Shown piece after piece: positions 19,544 through 27,773 of a DNA stretch of 32,000 nucleotides. A program made the translations under genes and the position numbers. Within the stretch, counting starts at the first letter, position 1. Each line of letters opens with the position of its first letter. Source of the DNA: Aliivibrio fischeri ES114 (GTDB lineage Bacteria; Pseudomonadota; Gammaproteobacteria; Enterobacterales; Vibrionaceae); NCBI RefSeq assembly GCF_000011805.1, contig NC_006841.2; one strand, written 5' to 3'. The notes under the pieces are model-generated. The model saw nothing but the letters and a program-made list of their open reading frames with translations, had not been told where the DNA came from and searched no databases.

Positions 19544-20497
19544 TTATATTCCTGAGTTTTTTATTATTTTAGACTCATTATTAATCAGTTTTTCAAATGT
19601 TTCATTTAAATTCAACCCATAAAAATGAGAAATATCCTCAAGTTTACTTTTTGAATCTTTTCTAATAACTAAATTAATAGTTGTTTTCTTGTCTTTTTTT
19701 ATTTTATTTCTGTATTTAACTTGTCCCCAAGCTTTTTTCATTTTTATTAAGAAAAGTTCTTTAGCATCATCAGTTATCTCTAAAGAATGGAATAGTGCGG
19801 GAATGACTATAGAATAATGGTTATAATCATCAATAATATTTGGTATGTGTTTATGATTGTTTTTTATTATATGGTTATCTTTAATGTACTTTACGGCCCA
19901 GATAGCCTGGTCGTTATCTTTTTTTGAAAGCCAATTAAAATTAAATTTACTTCTTGAAAAGATATATTCTTTATTTAAGTGCTTTATATATTTTTTCTTA
20001 TTACAATCATCTGACGTGATTAGATTTATAAATGAGATAAAATCTATTCTCATTTGTGTAATAGTGTTTTTTCTTTGGATGGTAGTATGCCTAATGAATT
20101 CTAGAGGTTCATCTTTTAATGTTCGTCTCGTATTAAAAAATAAATCATTTCCATTTTTTGAAAATACCTTGTTATTAAGTAAATGGCAGTAACAAAATAA
20201 AATACTAATTGGGTCTTTATTATCAATAAAGTCAAAGTATGTATCATTGATATAGTAATGACATAATTGTTCTATCTTTTCTTTTAGTTTACCTAAGTTA
20301 TAACCTTTTTTATAAAATTCAATAGCTAGCAATTTAATAGATTCTTCTTTTGAATCGTAAACGATATTGTCATCTACGTATAAAATTCTTTCTACTCTGC
20401 AGCGTTTAATAATATGAATTAATTTAATATGACTTAGTTGTCTTAAATGATTTTCTAATTCATGTAAAGATATTATATTTTGATCAAATGTAGGCAT
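19544..20497 (-). CDS. Uncharacterised island protein with possible C-terminal ribbon-helix-helix-like segment
   Basis: 317 aa; C-terminus KKTTINLVIRKDSKSKLEDISHFYGLNLNETFEKLIN resembles an RHH DNA-binding motif; divergent to the Gp2-like gene. Confidence 0.6.
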   Translation of the reverse strand: MPTFDQNIISLHELENHLRQLSHIKLIHIIKRCRVERILYVDDNIVYDSKEESIKLLAIEFYKKGYNLGKLKEKIEQLCHYYINDTYFDFIDNKDPISILFCYCHLLNNKVFSKNGNDLFFNTRRTLKDEPLEFIRHTTIQRKNTITQMRIDFISFINLITSDDCNKKKYIKHLNKEYIFSRSKFNFNWLSKKDNDQAIWAVKYIKDNHIIKNNHKHIPNIIDDYNHYSIVIPALFHSLEITDDAKELFLIKMKKAWGQVKYRNKIKKDKKTTINLVIRKDSKSKLEDISHFYGLNLNETFEKLINNESKIIKNSGI

Positions 20498-20499
20498 TC

Positions 20500-20854
20500 T
20501 AGTAATCTACTAAGTAGTTTTTGCGTGTGTTTATTGTGGTTTTTTTATGTGTTTTGTATAGTAAATAAATCGTTTTTCATGATATGTAGCGTATGGAGTT
20601 TGTGGTTTCTTTGATTCAAATCACAGAGCGTAGTTCATCCGATTGTTGTGCACATAACTTCAGAGTGATGGATTTACTCTAAAGTGTATTTCAAATGATG
20701 TTGGCTTATTTTTTATAATCGTGAGTACGAAGAATTAGAAGGAATGAACAATAGGATATTATAAGTTACTTATTTTTTAAAAAATATGATGGCAGTATGA
20801 CTAGTATTATTAATCTATATATAACCTATTAATACTAGGTTCCCTAACCTAGTA
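20500..20854. promoter_or_regulatory. Divergent intergenic control region with repeated TAGTA/TACTA half-sites and an inverted repeat
   Basis: TAGTA 20500-20504, TACTA 20508-20512, TAGTA 20802-20806, TACTA 20833-20837, TAGTA 20850-20854; perfect inverted repeat ACTAGGTT/AACCTAGT at 20834-20853. Confidence 0.45.
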
Positions 20855-20931
20855 ATAGAGTAACCTCAACATTATTATTAACGTCAGCTAACCATCCTAT
20901 ACCAGATACACCATCAATTAAGGTATAGGAA

Positions 20932-21585
20932 ATGAAAACTAAAAATCAGAAAAACAGAAATTTAACGATAACAAAAAAAGACACATTCAATGGATTAAGT
21001 ATCTATAAGCATGAAAATGGTTTGGTTATAAATTACTTAGATAAAATATATAACACTATCGACAAAGCAATAACTGAGTACCCAAGAACCATGGTCGTTC
21101 GAGTTGATCTTCGTATGTCAAAATCATTACTGTTTGATAACTCATCAGTCATTAAAAACTTTATCGCATCTCTTGATTCTCAAATACAAGCCGATCTTAA
21201 TAGAAAAAAAAGAAAGGGTATTAGAGTCAGAGCTTGCAAGATTAGATATGTCTGGGTTAAAGAAAGAAGCACCTCATTAAGCAATCATTATCATTTAGTC
21301 TTATTTTTTAATAAAGATGTTTATCATTGTTTGGGTGATTTTAAGAATGAAGATAATTTGTCTCACAAGATAAAAAAGGCATGGTGCAGTGCTTTAGATT
21401 TGGATATTAATGAGGGAAGTCGGCTTGTTAATTTTCCTAATAATGGAGTGTACTGGCTTGATAAGAATTCAAGAAATTTTGATGATGATTTTGATTCATT
21501 ATTTTATCGAGCAAGTTATTTAGCAAAGTTAGAAACAAAAAAATATGGTAATGGGATGCGAAGCTTTGGTTGTTCTCTGCGATAA
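20932..21585 (+). CDS. Inovirus Gp2 / YfjJ-YagK-like protein (putative replication-related)
   Basis: YPRTMVVRVDLR, IRYVWVKERSTSLSNHYHLVLFFNKD, SYLAKLETKKYGNGMRSFGCSLR, typical of the inovirus Gp2 family. Confidence 0.75.
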   Translation: MKTKNQKNRNLTITKKDTFNGLSIYKHENGLVINYLDKIYNTIDKAITEYPRTMVVRVDLRMSKSLLFDNSSVIKNFIASLDSQIQADLNRKKRKGIRVRACKIRYVWVKERSTSLSNHYHLVLFFNKDVYHCLGDFKNEDNLSHKIKKAWCSALDLDINEGSRLVNFPNNGVYWLDKNSRNFDDDFDSLFYRASYLAKLETKKYGNGMRSFGCSLR

Positions 21586-21590
21586 AAAAT

Positions 21591-21611
21591 AGAGGAGCAT
21601 TACGCTCCTCT
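21591..21611. terminator. Hairpin terminator between convergent genes
   Basis: AGAGGAGC attac GCTCCTCT with A-rich left and T-rich right flanks. Confidence 0.8.
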
Positions 21612-21628
21612 GTAATTTATTTCAGTGA

Positions 21629-23068
21629 TTAATTAGTGCATTCAGCCCATACTATGCCATCAGTACCACATTCTTCTTTATGTGTTCCATTAGGGAATAT
21701 AGTAAATTTTCTATATTGACCATTGTTATCATAGCTGGTTCTTATTTGAGTATTATCTTCCATACTGACTGTTTTACTTTTAACCCAGAAAGACGCATCA
21801 GGCTCTGCGGTTAAATTATCATATTGGTAAGGTAGATTTTCAAAGTTAGTCATCAACTCATTTAAATCTAGTTGATGATGATTGCTTTCAAATCCAACCC
21901 AATCAGATAAGAAAGGAAATGAACCAGCATTACGGTCATACCCGAATTGGCTAGAAAAACGGTCATTATTTCCTGTGTAATCTATAATCGCGTATCTGTG
22001 GGTGATAGCTTGAGCAATGTCGCTAGGAATACAATCTTCGAATGTATTTGCATTATTGTTGGTTAAGTTAACTAAGCTATACGTTTTATTGCTAGATACG
22101 ACATCAGAGATCTCTTCTTTAATGTCACAAGTGTAAGGTGAGCTATCCCCATTTCTTGATTCAAATTCGTAGCTGGTTCTATAGGTATAATTATTACCTT
22201 TAGTGGTGGCTGTTTTACCATAAATAATTGTTCTAATATCTTGGCTGAAATCATCACGAACTTTAACTAATTCACTACGCTGCTCATTATCAAAGCTAAT
22301 TAGTTGCTCACGATACCAAGCAGTAGGGTAAGCATTGTTGTTATCTCTGTAATCTCCTTTATGGTAATCAACATAAGCAAATAGGGCATTAGGGTTTTGT
22401 CGTTTTAGTTCTTCTGTTGCAGTAAATGATTGTTGTAAGCCTCGTACAATTTCTTGTGCTTTAAGTGAGGTATCTGCATCACCAGCAGCAATGAAATCAT
22501 CAAAGATGACATCTTCTGGAATATTGTAATGATATACAACCCGATCAATGGCTTGATTGAGTGATGAGATTAATGTTTCACGTTTTTGGTAATCATTTTT
22601 TACACTCTCACAAGTTAAAGTCCCATTTGATGCCAGTTCCTTTTCAACTGATGTCCACAGCACAGTCGTTAAAGGGGTAACGTGATACAAATCTTCTTTT
22701 GTGATTGGTTCAAATTTAGGAGGCAATACCATTTGGTAAGCCTTTTCAACGATACCTAAATCTTCATCTATCGCACCAACGGGAACATCAACAATTAGAG
22801 GAACATATTGTGCACACTCTTGTTGAGCTTGGTTCAGTTCTAAACGGTAATCACCAAGGTTAGAGGTAATGGCATGGGGTTCATTACTATCTAATTGACG
22901 GTTAAAGTTTAAATCTAGGTAAACGGTAGCACCTTCAATATAACCATCGATGGCCTTTCCTGTTAATGATGCTGTGATGAGTTCATTATTATCGCTATCA
23001 GAGCCACCACAAGCAGTTAAGGCGAATGAGATAGCAGAAGCTAATAACATTTTATTTTTCAGTTTCAT
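21629..23068 (-). CDS. Large predicted lipoprotein of unknown function
   Basis: MKLKNKMLLASAISFALTACGGSDSDN lipobox, then TGKAIDGYIEGATVYLDLNFNRQLDSNEPHAITSNLGDY, a cell-surface/Ig-like segment. Confidence 0.75.
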   Translation of the reverse strand: MKLKNKMLLASAISFALTACGGSDSDNNELITASLTGKAIDGYIEGATVYLDLNFNRQLDSNEPHAITSNLGDYRLELNQAQQECAQYVPLIVDVPVGAIDEDLGIVEKAYQMVLPPKFEPITKEDLYHVTPLTTVLWTSVEKELASNGTLTCESVKNDYQKRETLISSLNQAIDRVVYHYNIPEDVIFDDFIAAGDADTSLKAQEIVRGLQQSFTATEELKRQNPNALFAYVDYHKGDYRDNNNAYPTAWYREQLISFDNEQRSELVKVRDDFSQDIRTIIYGKTATTKGNNYTYRTSYEFESRNGDSSPYTCDIKEEISDVVSSNKTYSLVNLTNNNANTFEDCIPSDIAQAITHRYAIIDYTGNNDRFSSQFGYDRNAGSFPFLSDWVGFESNHHQLDLNELMTNFENLPYQYDNLTAEPDASFWVKSKTVSMEDNTQIRTSYDNNGQYRKFTIFPNGTHKEECGTDGIVWAECTN

Positions 23069-23086
23069 GTTGTTTTCTCTTTTGTA

Positions 23087-23851
23087 TTATTCAGTTAAAT
23101 AAAATTGTTTTGTTTCATTACTCGTTTCAGTTACAAAATCTTTGAGAATGAAATCAGATGGATAGTTAAATTGAAATGTTGAAAGTATGGCTGAATCAAT
23201 AAGTCCAAGCTCTATCGTATGTATCGTTAGTGTTTGGTGTTGACGATAGATGAGCACAAATGAATTATGTTTTATAAGCAATCCAAGGGGTTCTATTTTT
23301 AAGCGGTGCAGTAGTAATGCTTGACTGGATATAGTGATAAGGCATTGGTCAAATAATGCTGAATGTATAGTCTCTAACAAAGGTATGTTTTTGTTAATTA
23401 ATGGATGAAATGTAAAAGCATCAATGTGAATTTTATTTAGGTATAGTTGCTCTTTAGATGGTTTTAATCCTTTGCTTAACAATGAGATAGAGTCATTCAC
23501 TAAAGTTTGATAAGTATGGTTAATTTTAATTGGCATGGTAGGTCTTAAGTATTTATCTACGAGGCAAAAGACTAACGCTTCTTTAGTTCCTAACTTTAAT
23601 AATTGCTCTGATTTTTTACGGTAAGTATGTGGGATCGTTCGCATATCACATTCAACGTTAAAAAGTACGACGATAATTTCATCTAAATAACGCTTAATAC
23701 TTCTCGGAGTTCGATATATATGAAGATCAGCCAACTGCTGCTCTAGCTCTCGAACCGTTATTGCGCGGTGTTGAGGTATCAGCATGAGGGTATGTAGTAC
23801 TGCTGAAATACCATCAATGCTTGTTTTATTAGTAATAGAATTGTCTTTCAT
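23087..23851 (-). CDS. WYL-domain-type transcriptional regulator
   Basis: N-terminal HTH (LIPQHRAITVRELEQQLADLHIYRTPRSIKRYLDEI) and C-terminal WYL-like region (ISSQALLLHRLKIEPLGLLIKHNSFVLIYR). Confidence 0.65.
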   Translation of the reverse strand: MKDNSITNKTSIDGISAVLHTLMLIPQHRAITVRELEQQLADLHIYRTPRSIKRYLDEIIVVLFNVECDMRTIPHTYRKKSEQLLKLGTKEALVFCLVDKYLRPTMPIKINHTYQTLVNDSISLLSKGLKPSKEQLYLNKIHIDAFTFHPLINKNIPLLETIHSALFDQCLITISSQALLLHRLKIEPLGLLIKHNSFVLIYRQHQTLTIHTIELGLIDSAILSTFQFNYPSDFILKDFVTETSNETKQFYLTE

Positions 23852-24093
23852 GCATCACCAAGTATTGCCTATCAGTATTGGCTGTAGGCATAGACGAAAT
23901 TTAATGTCGGAAAGAGTACGGATGAGATGGACAGATAATGTCCACCTTAAACTTCATAAAATTTTTAATAAGAGAATTGTGATTGGAGTAACATTTGTTT
24001 GAGGTTAATACGTTGTTATTTATATAAATATTGACTGGTTTGAATTCACTGAGGTTGTAGAAACCTCAGTTATAGATAGACAGAGTGGTCGGA

Positions 24094-24429
24094 TTATTTT
24101 TTATAGTTGATGACAAGTTTGTCAGCTAATGGATACTTAGCAATTTCATAGTCAGGTGAATACGTTGCTATATTATGCATTGCGATTACAGTAGCAGAAG
24201 CTAGTCCAAAAATTGATGCAGGGCCAGACGCTAAACTTGCTGCCATCGTAGTGGAGCGACCAGCGGTATAAACTCGACAAGACAAATTGTTAGCTTCAAT
24301 AAGTCGCTCAATTTTTTTCACTGTTTGAGAGAAATTTGTGACCTTAGTTAAAGTGAACGATTCTTTTCGTTGAATTAAAGCGATGAGTTCTTCATCACTT
24401 GTGTGGTGTAGTACATTACTAGTGCTCAT
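24094..24429 (-). CDS. Small uncharacterised protein with Gly/Ala-rich hydrophobic segment
   Basis: 111 aa, GGGAAG ribosome-binding site ahead of ATG, AGRSTTMAASLASGPASIFGLASATVIAMHNIATYSPDYEI. Confidence 0.6.
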   Translation of the reverse strand: MSTSNVLHHTSDEELIALIQRKESFTLTKVTNFSQTVKKIERLIEANNLSCRVYTAGRSTTMAASLASGPASIFGLASATVIAMHNIATYSPDYEIAKYPLADKLVINYKK

Positions 24430-24470
24430 GGTTCTTCCCTAAAGGATTATTAATGGAGTAAAGATAATGA

Positions 24471-24497
24471 CGAGTGAGACAAATAGTGTCTCACTCG
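24471..24497. terminator. Perfect 10-bp hairpin, terminator or RNA element
   Basis: CGAGTGAGAC (24471-24480) / GTCTCACTCG (24488-24497), 7-nt loop, between the 24667-24903 and 24094-24429 genes. Confidence 0.5.
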
Positions 24498-24666
24498 ATT
24501 TTGGTCATCTAAATGTGTGAACTAGGTTAACTATTTAAATGAAATTAGGAGAGTGTTTCTGTTAGTTGTGAGTCAGTAACCAATTGTTTAGTAAGGGTTT
24601 GCCTCTCTGTATTGGTCGACGTTAATGTGTTTTGTAAGGGAGGGATAGAATGGTATTGAGGATAGT

Positions 24667-24903
24667 TTACGTATCAAAAATCTCCTTAAGTAGATAGCCC
24701 CTTTGAATGAGTTTGACAATCGCGGATATTCTTTTTAGGTGAATTGTTGGGTGTTGTGATATGAGTTCAAATAACTCATGATCGGTGAATTCCTCAATCT
24801 CTTTGCTGTATTGTTGATATTGTTTATTTAGACGTTGGCAACCAATTAAAGCGAGATTAACAAGGCTTTTTGTTATTTGCTCTTTTGTCATAAGGAGGCT
24901 CAC
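24667..24903 (-). CDS. Small hypothetical protein
   Basis: 78 aa; start overlaps the upstream gene's stop (GTGA), suggesting an operon with 24900-25799. Confidence 0.55.
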   Translation of the reverse strand: MSLLMTKEQITKSLVNLALIGCQRLNKQYQQYSKEIEEFTDHELFELISQHPTIHLKRISAIVKLIQRGYLLKEIFDT

Positions 24904-25799
24904 TTTGCTGGTAAGGGGATAGCTATCTCCCCTAAAGGAACATACTTTTCTTTATTATCTTCATTCCAAAATACGTGTTTTTCTACGCACCAACCATGAT
25001 AAAGATAATCCACATCCGTTAAGCCTGAACCTTGGCCTATAGCGTAGTTATTACGATGCTCACAGCTTTGCTCCTTGCTGTTTAGAAATACCGTATCAGG
25101 GTTATTCAAACAGGCTTTACGTAGTTCTGGAAACAATCGTCTGGTGTGGGTAGACCACGATAAAATAATAGTGCGAAGGGTTTTGGTGTGATGCTCTCCT
25201 GAATACGGCTCACTGCGTTCTTTATCGTAGTCAGTGTAAGTGGCTACGATAACGCCTTTCGCCCATTCAGGTATGACTAAAGCCGCTTGAAATGCCTTTT
25301 CATTGGCTTGGTGTGCTTGCCATTCTTTTTCTTCTTGCTCACGTTTGGCTTGCTCTTTATCTCGCTCTTGTTGTTTGGCAAGTTCAGTGGTTTTGATGGT
25401 TTGAATTCGAGCATCAGTTACAAACTCGATATCAAAGCGATAGGTTCTAATCAGTGCGATTAATTGTTGATGTTCAGCATCATTACGTAACCATGGCTTA
25501 TCTACATCGAGGTGATGTTTTTCATGGTACTCAAGGGTACTAAGACAGTGGTCAGCAAAGCCTACGTCATTGCCACCACCACCTAAATCTAATCGGCATT
25601 GATGTTTATCTCCATTTTCAAATGTCACGGTGACATTGGTTTTGTCGTAACCGCCTAATGGGTTTTGTTTAGCGACGTCCAATGCTTTATGTTCAAAGTC
25701 CATAAAGTCATACAATTGACCTTCATTGAACTCGTTAGATTCAGACCAATTGACTAAGACAGAGAAGGGATTAAGGGTAGGTATGATTTCTTTATTCAT
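24900..25799 (-). CDS. Hypothetical protein with LPD25-like N-terminus
   Basis: FSVLVNWSESNEFNEGQLYDFMDFEHKALDVAKQNPLGGYDKTNVTVTFENGD followed by a Lys/Glu/Gln-rich helical linker and a C-terminal domain. Confidence 0.65.
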   Translation of the reverse strand: MNKEIIPTLNPFSVLVNWSESNEFNEGQLYDFMDFEHKALDVAKQNPLGGYDKTNVTVTFENGDKHQCRLDLGGGGNDVGFADHCLSTLEYHEKHHLDVDKPWLRNDAEHQQLIALIRTYRFDIEFVTDARIQTIKTTELAKQQERDKEQAKREQEEKEWQAHQANEKAFQAALVIPEWAKGVIVATYTDYDKERSEPYSGEHHTKTLRTIILSWSTHTRRLFPELRKACLNNPDTVFLNSKEQSCEHRNNYAIGQGSGLTDVDYLYHGWCVEKHVFWNEDNKEKYVPLGEIAIPLPAK

Positions 25800-25894
25800 G
25801 ATGAAACATCCTTATTGATGATTTTTAGACATAAAAAAACCGCAACCAAAAGGCTGCGGCATGATGTGTTTGATATTGAAGTAGAGGATCATGA

Positions 25895-26362
25895 TTAAGA
25901 TACGTTGATTTCTATTTCGTCATACATTCCCATATCGGTATAAGCCAGAAAGTTATGCTCCCATAATTGATACAACTCCTTAGCAGCACCGTCATCTTTG
26001 ATGGATGAGTAACGCCCTAAGTAGCTGGCAAACCATTCACCACTTAGAAAATCAAAATCTAACTCTTTGGCTAACTCTGGATAGCGATTACCTACAAAAG
26101 CAAAGTCAGTAATATAGGCGTATCGCCATGTGTTATCGGCTTCTTTGGTTAGTGCAATTTCAACAGGGTGAAAGCCACCGTTTTCAGCACTGTAGTTTTT
26201 ATCTCGAAAGTTAAAGATGACACTGTTTGTTTCCTCTAAGCCAGAATGTAATTCAGAACGTTGATTAAGTGCATCAACAAGGCACTGGTTCAGCTTATTT
26301 GATACTGGCAACAGCGTAGGAACAAGGTTAGCGGTAGTAATGATGGTTTGTAATTCAGACAC
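25895..26362 (-). CDS. DUF2787-family protein (copy A)
   Basis: VIFNFRDKNYSAENGGFHPVEIALTKEADNTWRYAYITDFAFVG. Confidence 0.75.
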   Translation of the reverse strand: MSELQTIITTANLVPTLLPVSNKLNQCLVDALNQRSELHSGLEETNSVIFNFRDKNYSAENGGFHPVEIALTKEADNTWRYAYITDFAFVGNRYPELAKELDFDFLSGEWFASYLGRYSSIKDDGAAKELYQLWEHNFLAYTDMGMYDEIEINVS

Positions 26363-26426
26363 GGTGTGTCCTCCTATGATTGAAATAAGATAATAGTTTG
26401 GTAAAACGAATTAAGGTTGGATGGGA

Positions 26427-26870
26427 TTAAGTGCGTATTTCGTTAGCTGAAATATCATCGAAATGTTGATTTCTGAGTTGACGACAAAAGGCGAGAGCCC
26501 ATGAAGTAAATAAGTCGATGACTTGCGGCCTTGCAAGCTCACAGCCTTGAATGTCAGGTTGATAGAACCAACCACGCTTAAAGTTAAAATACAGCTCAGG
26601 TGCAACGTTTGGACTGTGTTCATCGGGATAAGAAAAGCTGGCAATAAACACCAATTTCCAAATATGGCGATTATCTTCGTCTCGCTCAAAACGCATTTCT
26701 ACAGGGTGCAATCCCTCACGTCGATGATAATAGCTAATGTCTCGAAAGTTCACTGAAAGTCGATTGATGTCAGCACGAAGGGAAAAGCTATCAAGTACTA
26801 CTTCAAGGTGACGATGCAGACTTTTTGGTAATGCTAGGTCTTTACCGTGAACAAGTAATTCTCTTTTCAT
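26427..26870 (-). CDS. DUF2787-family protein (copy B)
   Basis: LSVNFRDISYYHRREGLHPVEMRFERDEDNRHIWKLVFIASFSYPD; start codon overlaps the stop of the RadC-like gene (TAATG). Confidence 0.75.
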   Translation of the reverse strand: MKRELLVHGKDLALPKSLHRHLEVVLDSFSLRADINRLSVNFRDISYYHRREGLHPVEMRFERDEDNRHIWKLVFIASFSYPDEHSPNVAPELYFNFKRGWFYQPDIQGCELARPQVIDLFTSWALAFCRQLRNQHFDDISANEIRT

Positions 26871-27343
26871 TAGATTAGCCCTCGCTCTGCAAAAGAGACG
26901 CAGGTTTCCCCTACGACAATATGATCTAATACTTGAACATCAATGAGTGCTAACGCCTCTTTTAAACGTGTCGTAATTCGTTTATCAGCCTGTGATGGCG
27001 TTGACTCTCCTGATGGATGATTGTGCGCAAATATTACCGCCGCCGCATTCACTTCTAAAACTGCTTTTACAACCTCTCTTGGGTAGACACTTGCCGCATC
27101 TACGGTTCCTTGAAATAACTCTTTAAATTCAATTAATCGATGTTGGTTATCAAGCAATAAAACAGCGAATACCTCACGCTCATAATGGCCCAGTTTGTAA
27201 CGTAAATAATTTTGTGTCGCAGTAGGGTTAGAGAATGCGTCTCCACGAACATAGCGGTTAGCAAGGATCTCGGCAGCGTGCTCTAGAATTTCATTTTCTT
27301 GGTAACGCTGTTGTTTTAGATAATGAGAGGATTTATTCGACAT
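26870..27343 (-). CDS. radC: RadC-family JAB/MPN-domain protein
   Basis: VIFAHNHPSGESTPSQADKRITTRLKEALALIDVQVLDHIVVG, a JAMM-type metal motif. Confidence 0.92.
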   Translation of the reverse strand: MSNKSSHYLKQQRYQENEILEHAAEILANRYVRGDAFSNPTATQNYLRYKLGHYEREVFAVLLLDNQHRLIEFKELFQGTVDAASVYPREVVKAVLEVNAAAVIFAHNHPSGESTPSQADKRITTRLKEALALIDVQVLDHIVVGETCVSFAERGLI

Positions 27344-27489
27344 ATTAGCTCCTAATGTGAATCAGTATTTGTCTTCACATAGATGATATATACCTGAAAA
27401 TAAATAGATTAAGAGAGATTTTTGGGACGTCACTTTTTTTAACATCATCGGCTTATCTCATGAGCATATAGACGTAGGAGAACGTCCCC

Positions 27490-27681
27490 ATGAGATTTTT
27501 AAGATTAAAAGAAGTAATGGCATTAACTGCGTTAGGTCGTTCAAGTATTTACAAATTTATGAGTGAAGGTCGATTCCCTCAAACGATTTCATTAGGTGAT
27601 AGAGCGGTGGCATGGGTGGAAAGCGAAGTTGAGGAATGGATGCACGAACGCCTAAGCCAACGTGATGAGAAACAGGCCTAA
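27490..27681 (+). CDS. AlpA-family phage/island transcriptional regulator
   Basis: MRFLRLKEVMALTALGRSSIYKFMSEGRFPQTISLGDRAVAWVESEVEEWM. Confidence 0.92.
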   Translation: MRFLRLKEVMALTALGRSSIYKFMSEGRFPQTISLGDRAVAWVESEVEEWMHERLSQRDEKQA

Positions 27682-27773
27682 GCAATCATTCTAAAAACTA
27701 ATCCACCACACCACATTTAAAACAATTAAGGCTGGTCTACTAAGGCCAGAAAATCCAAATAAGGAAGAATCCC

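Noticed and set aside
26411-26756. ORFs 26411-26689 and 26523-26756 around the DUF2787 copy B gene
   Set aside because: Alternative-frame or antisense shadows of a well-supported gene.
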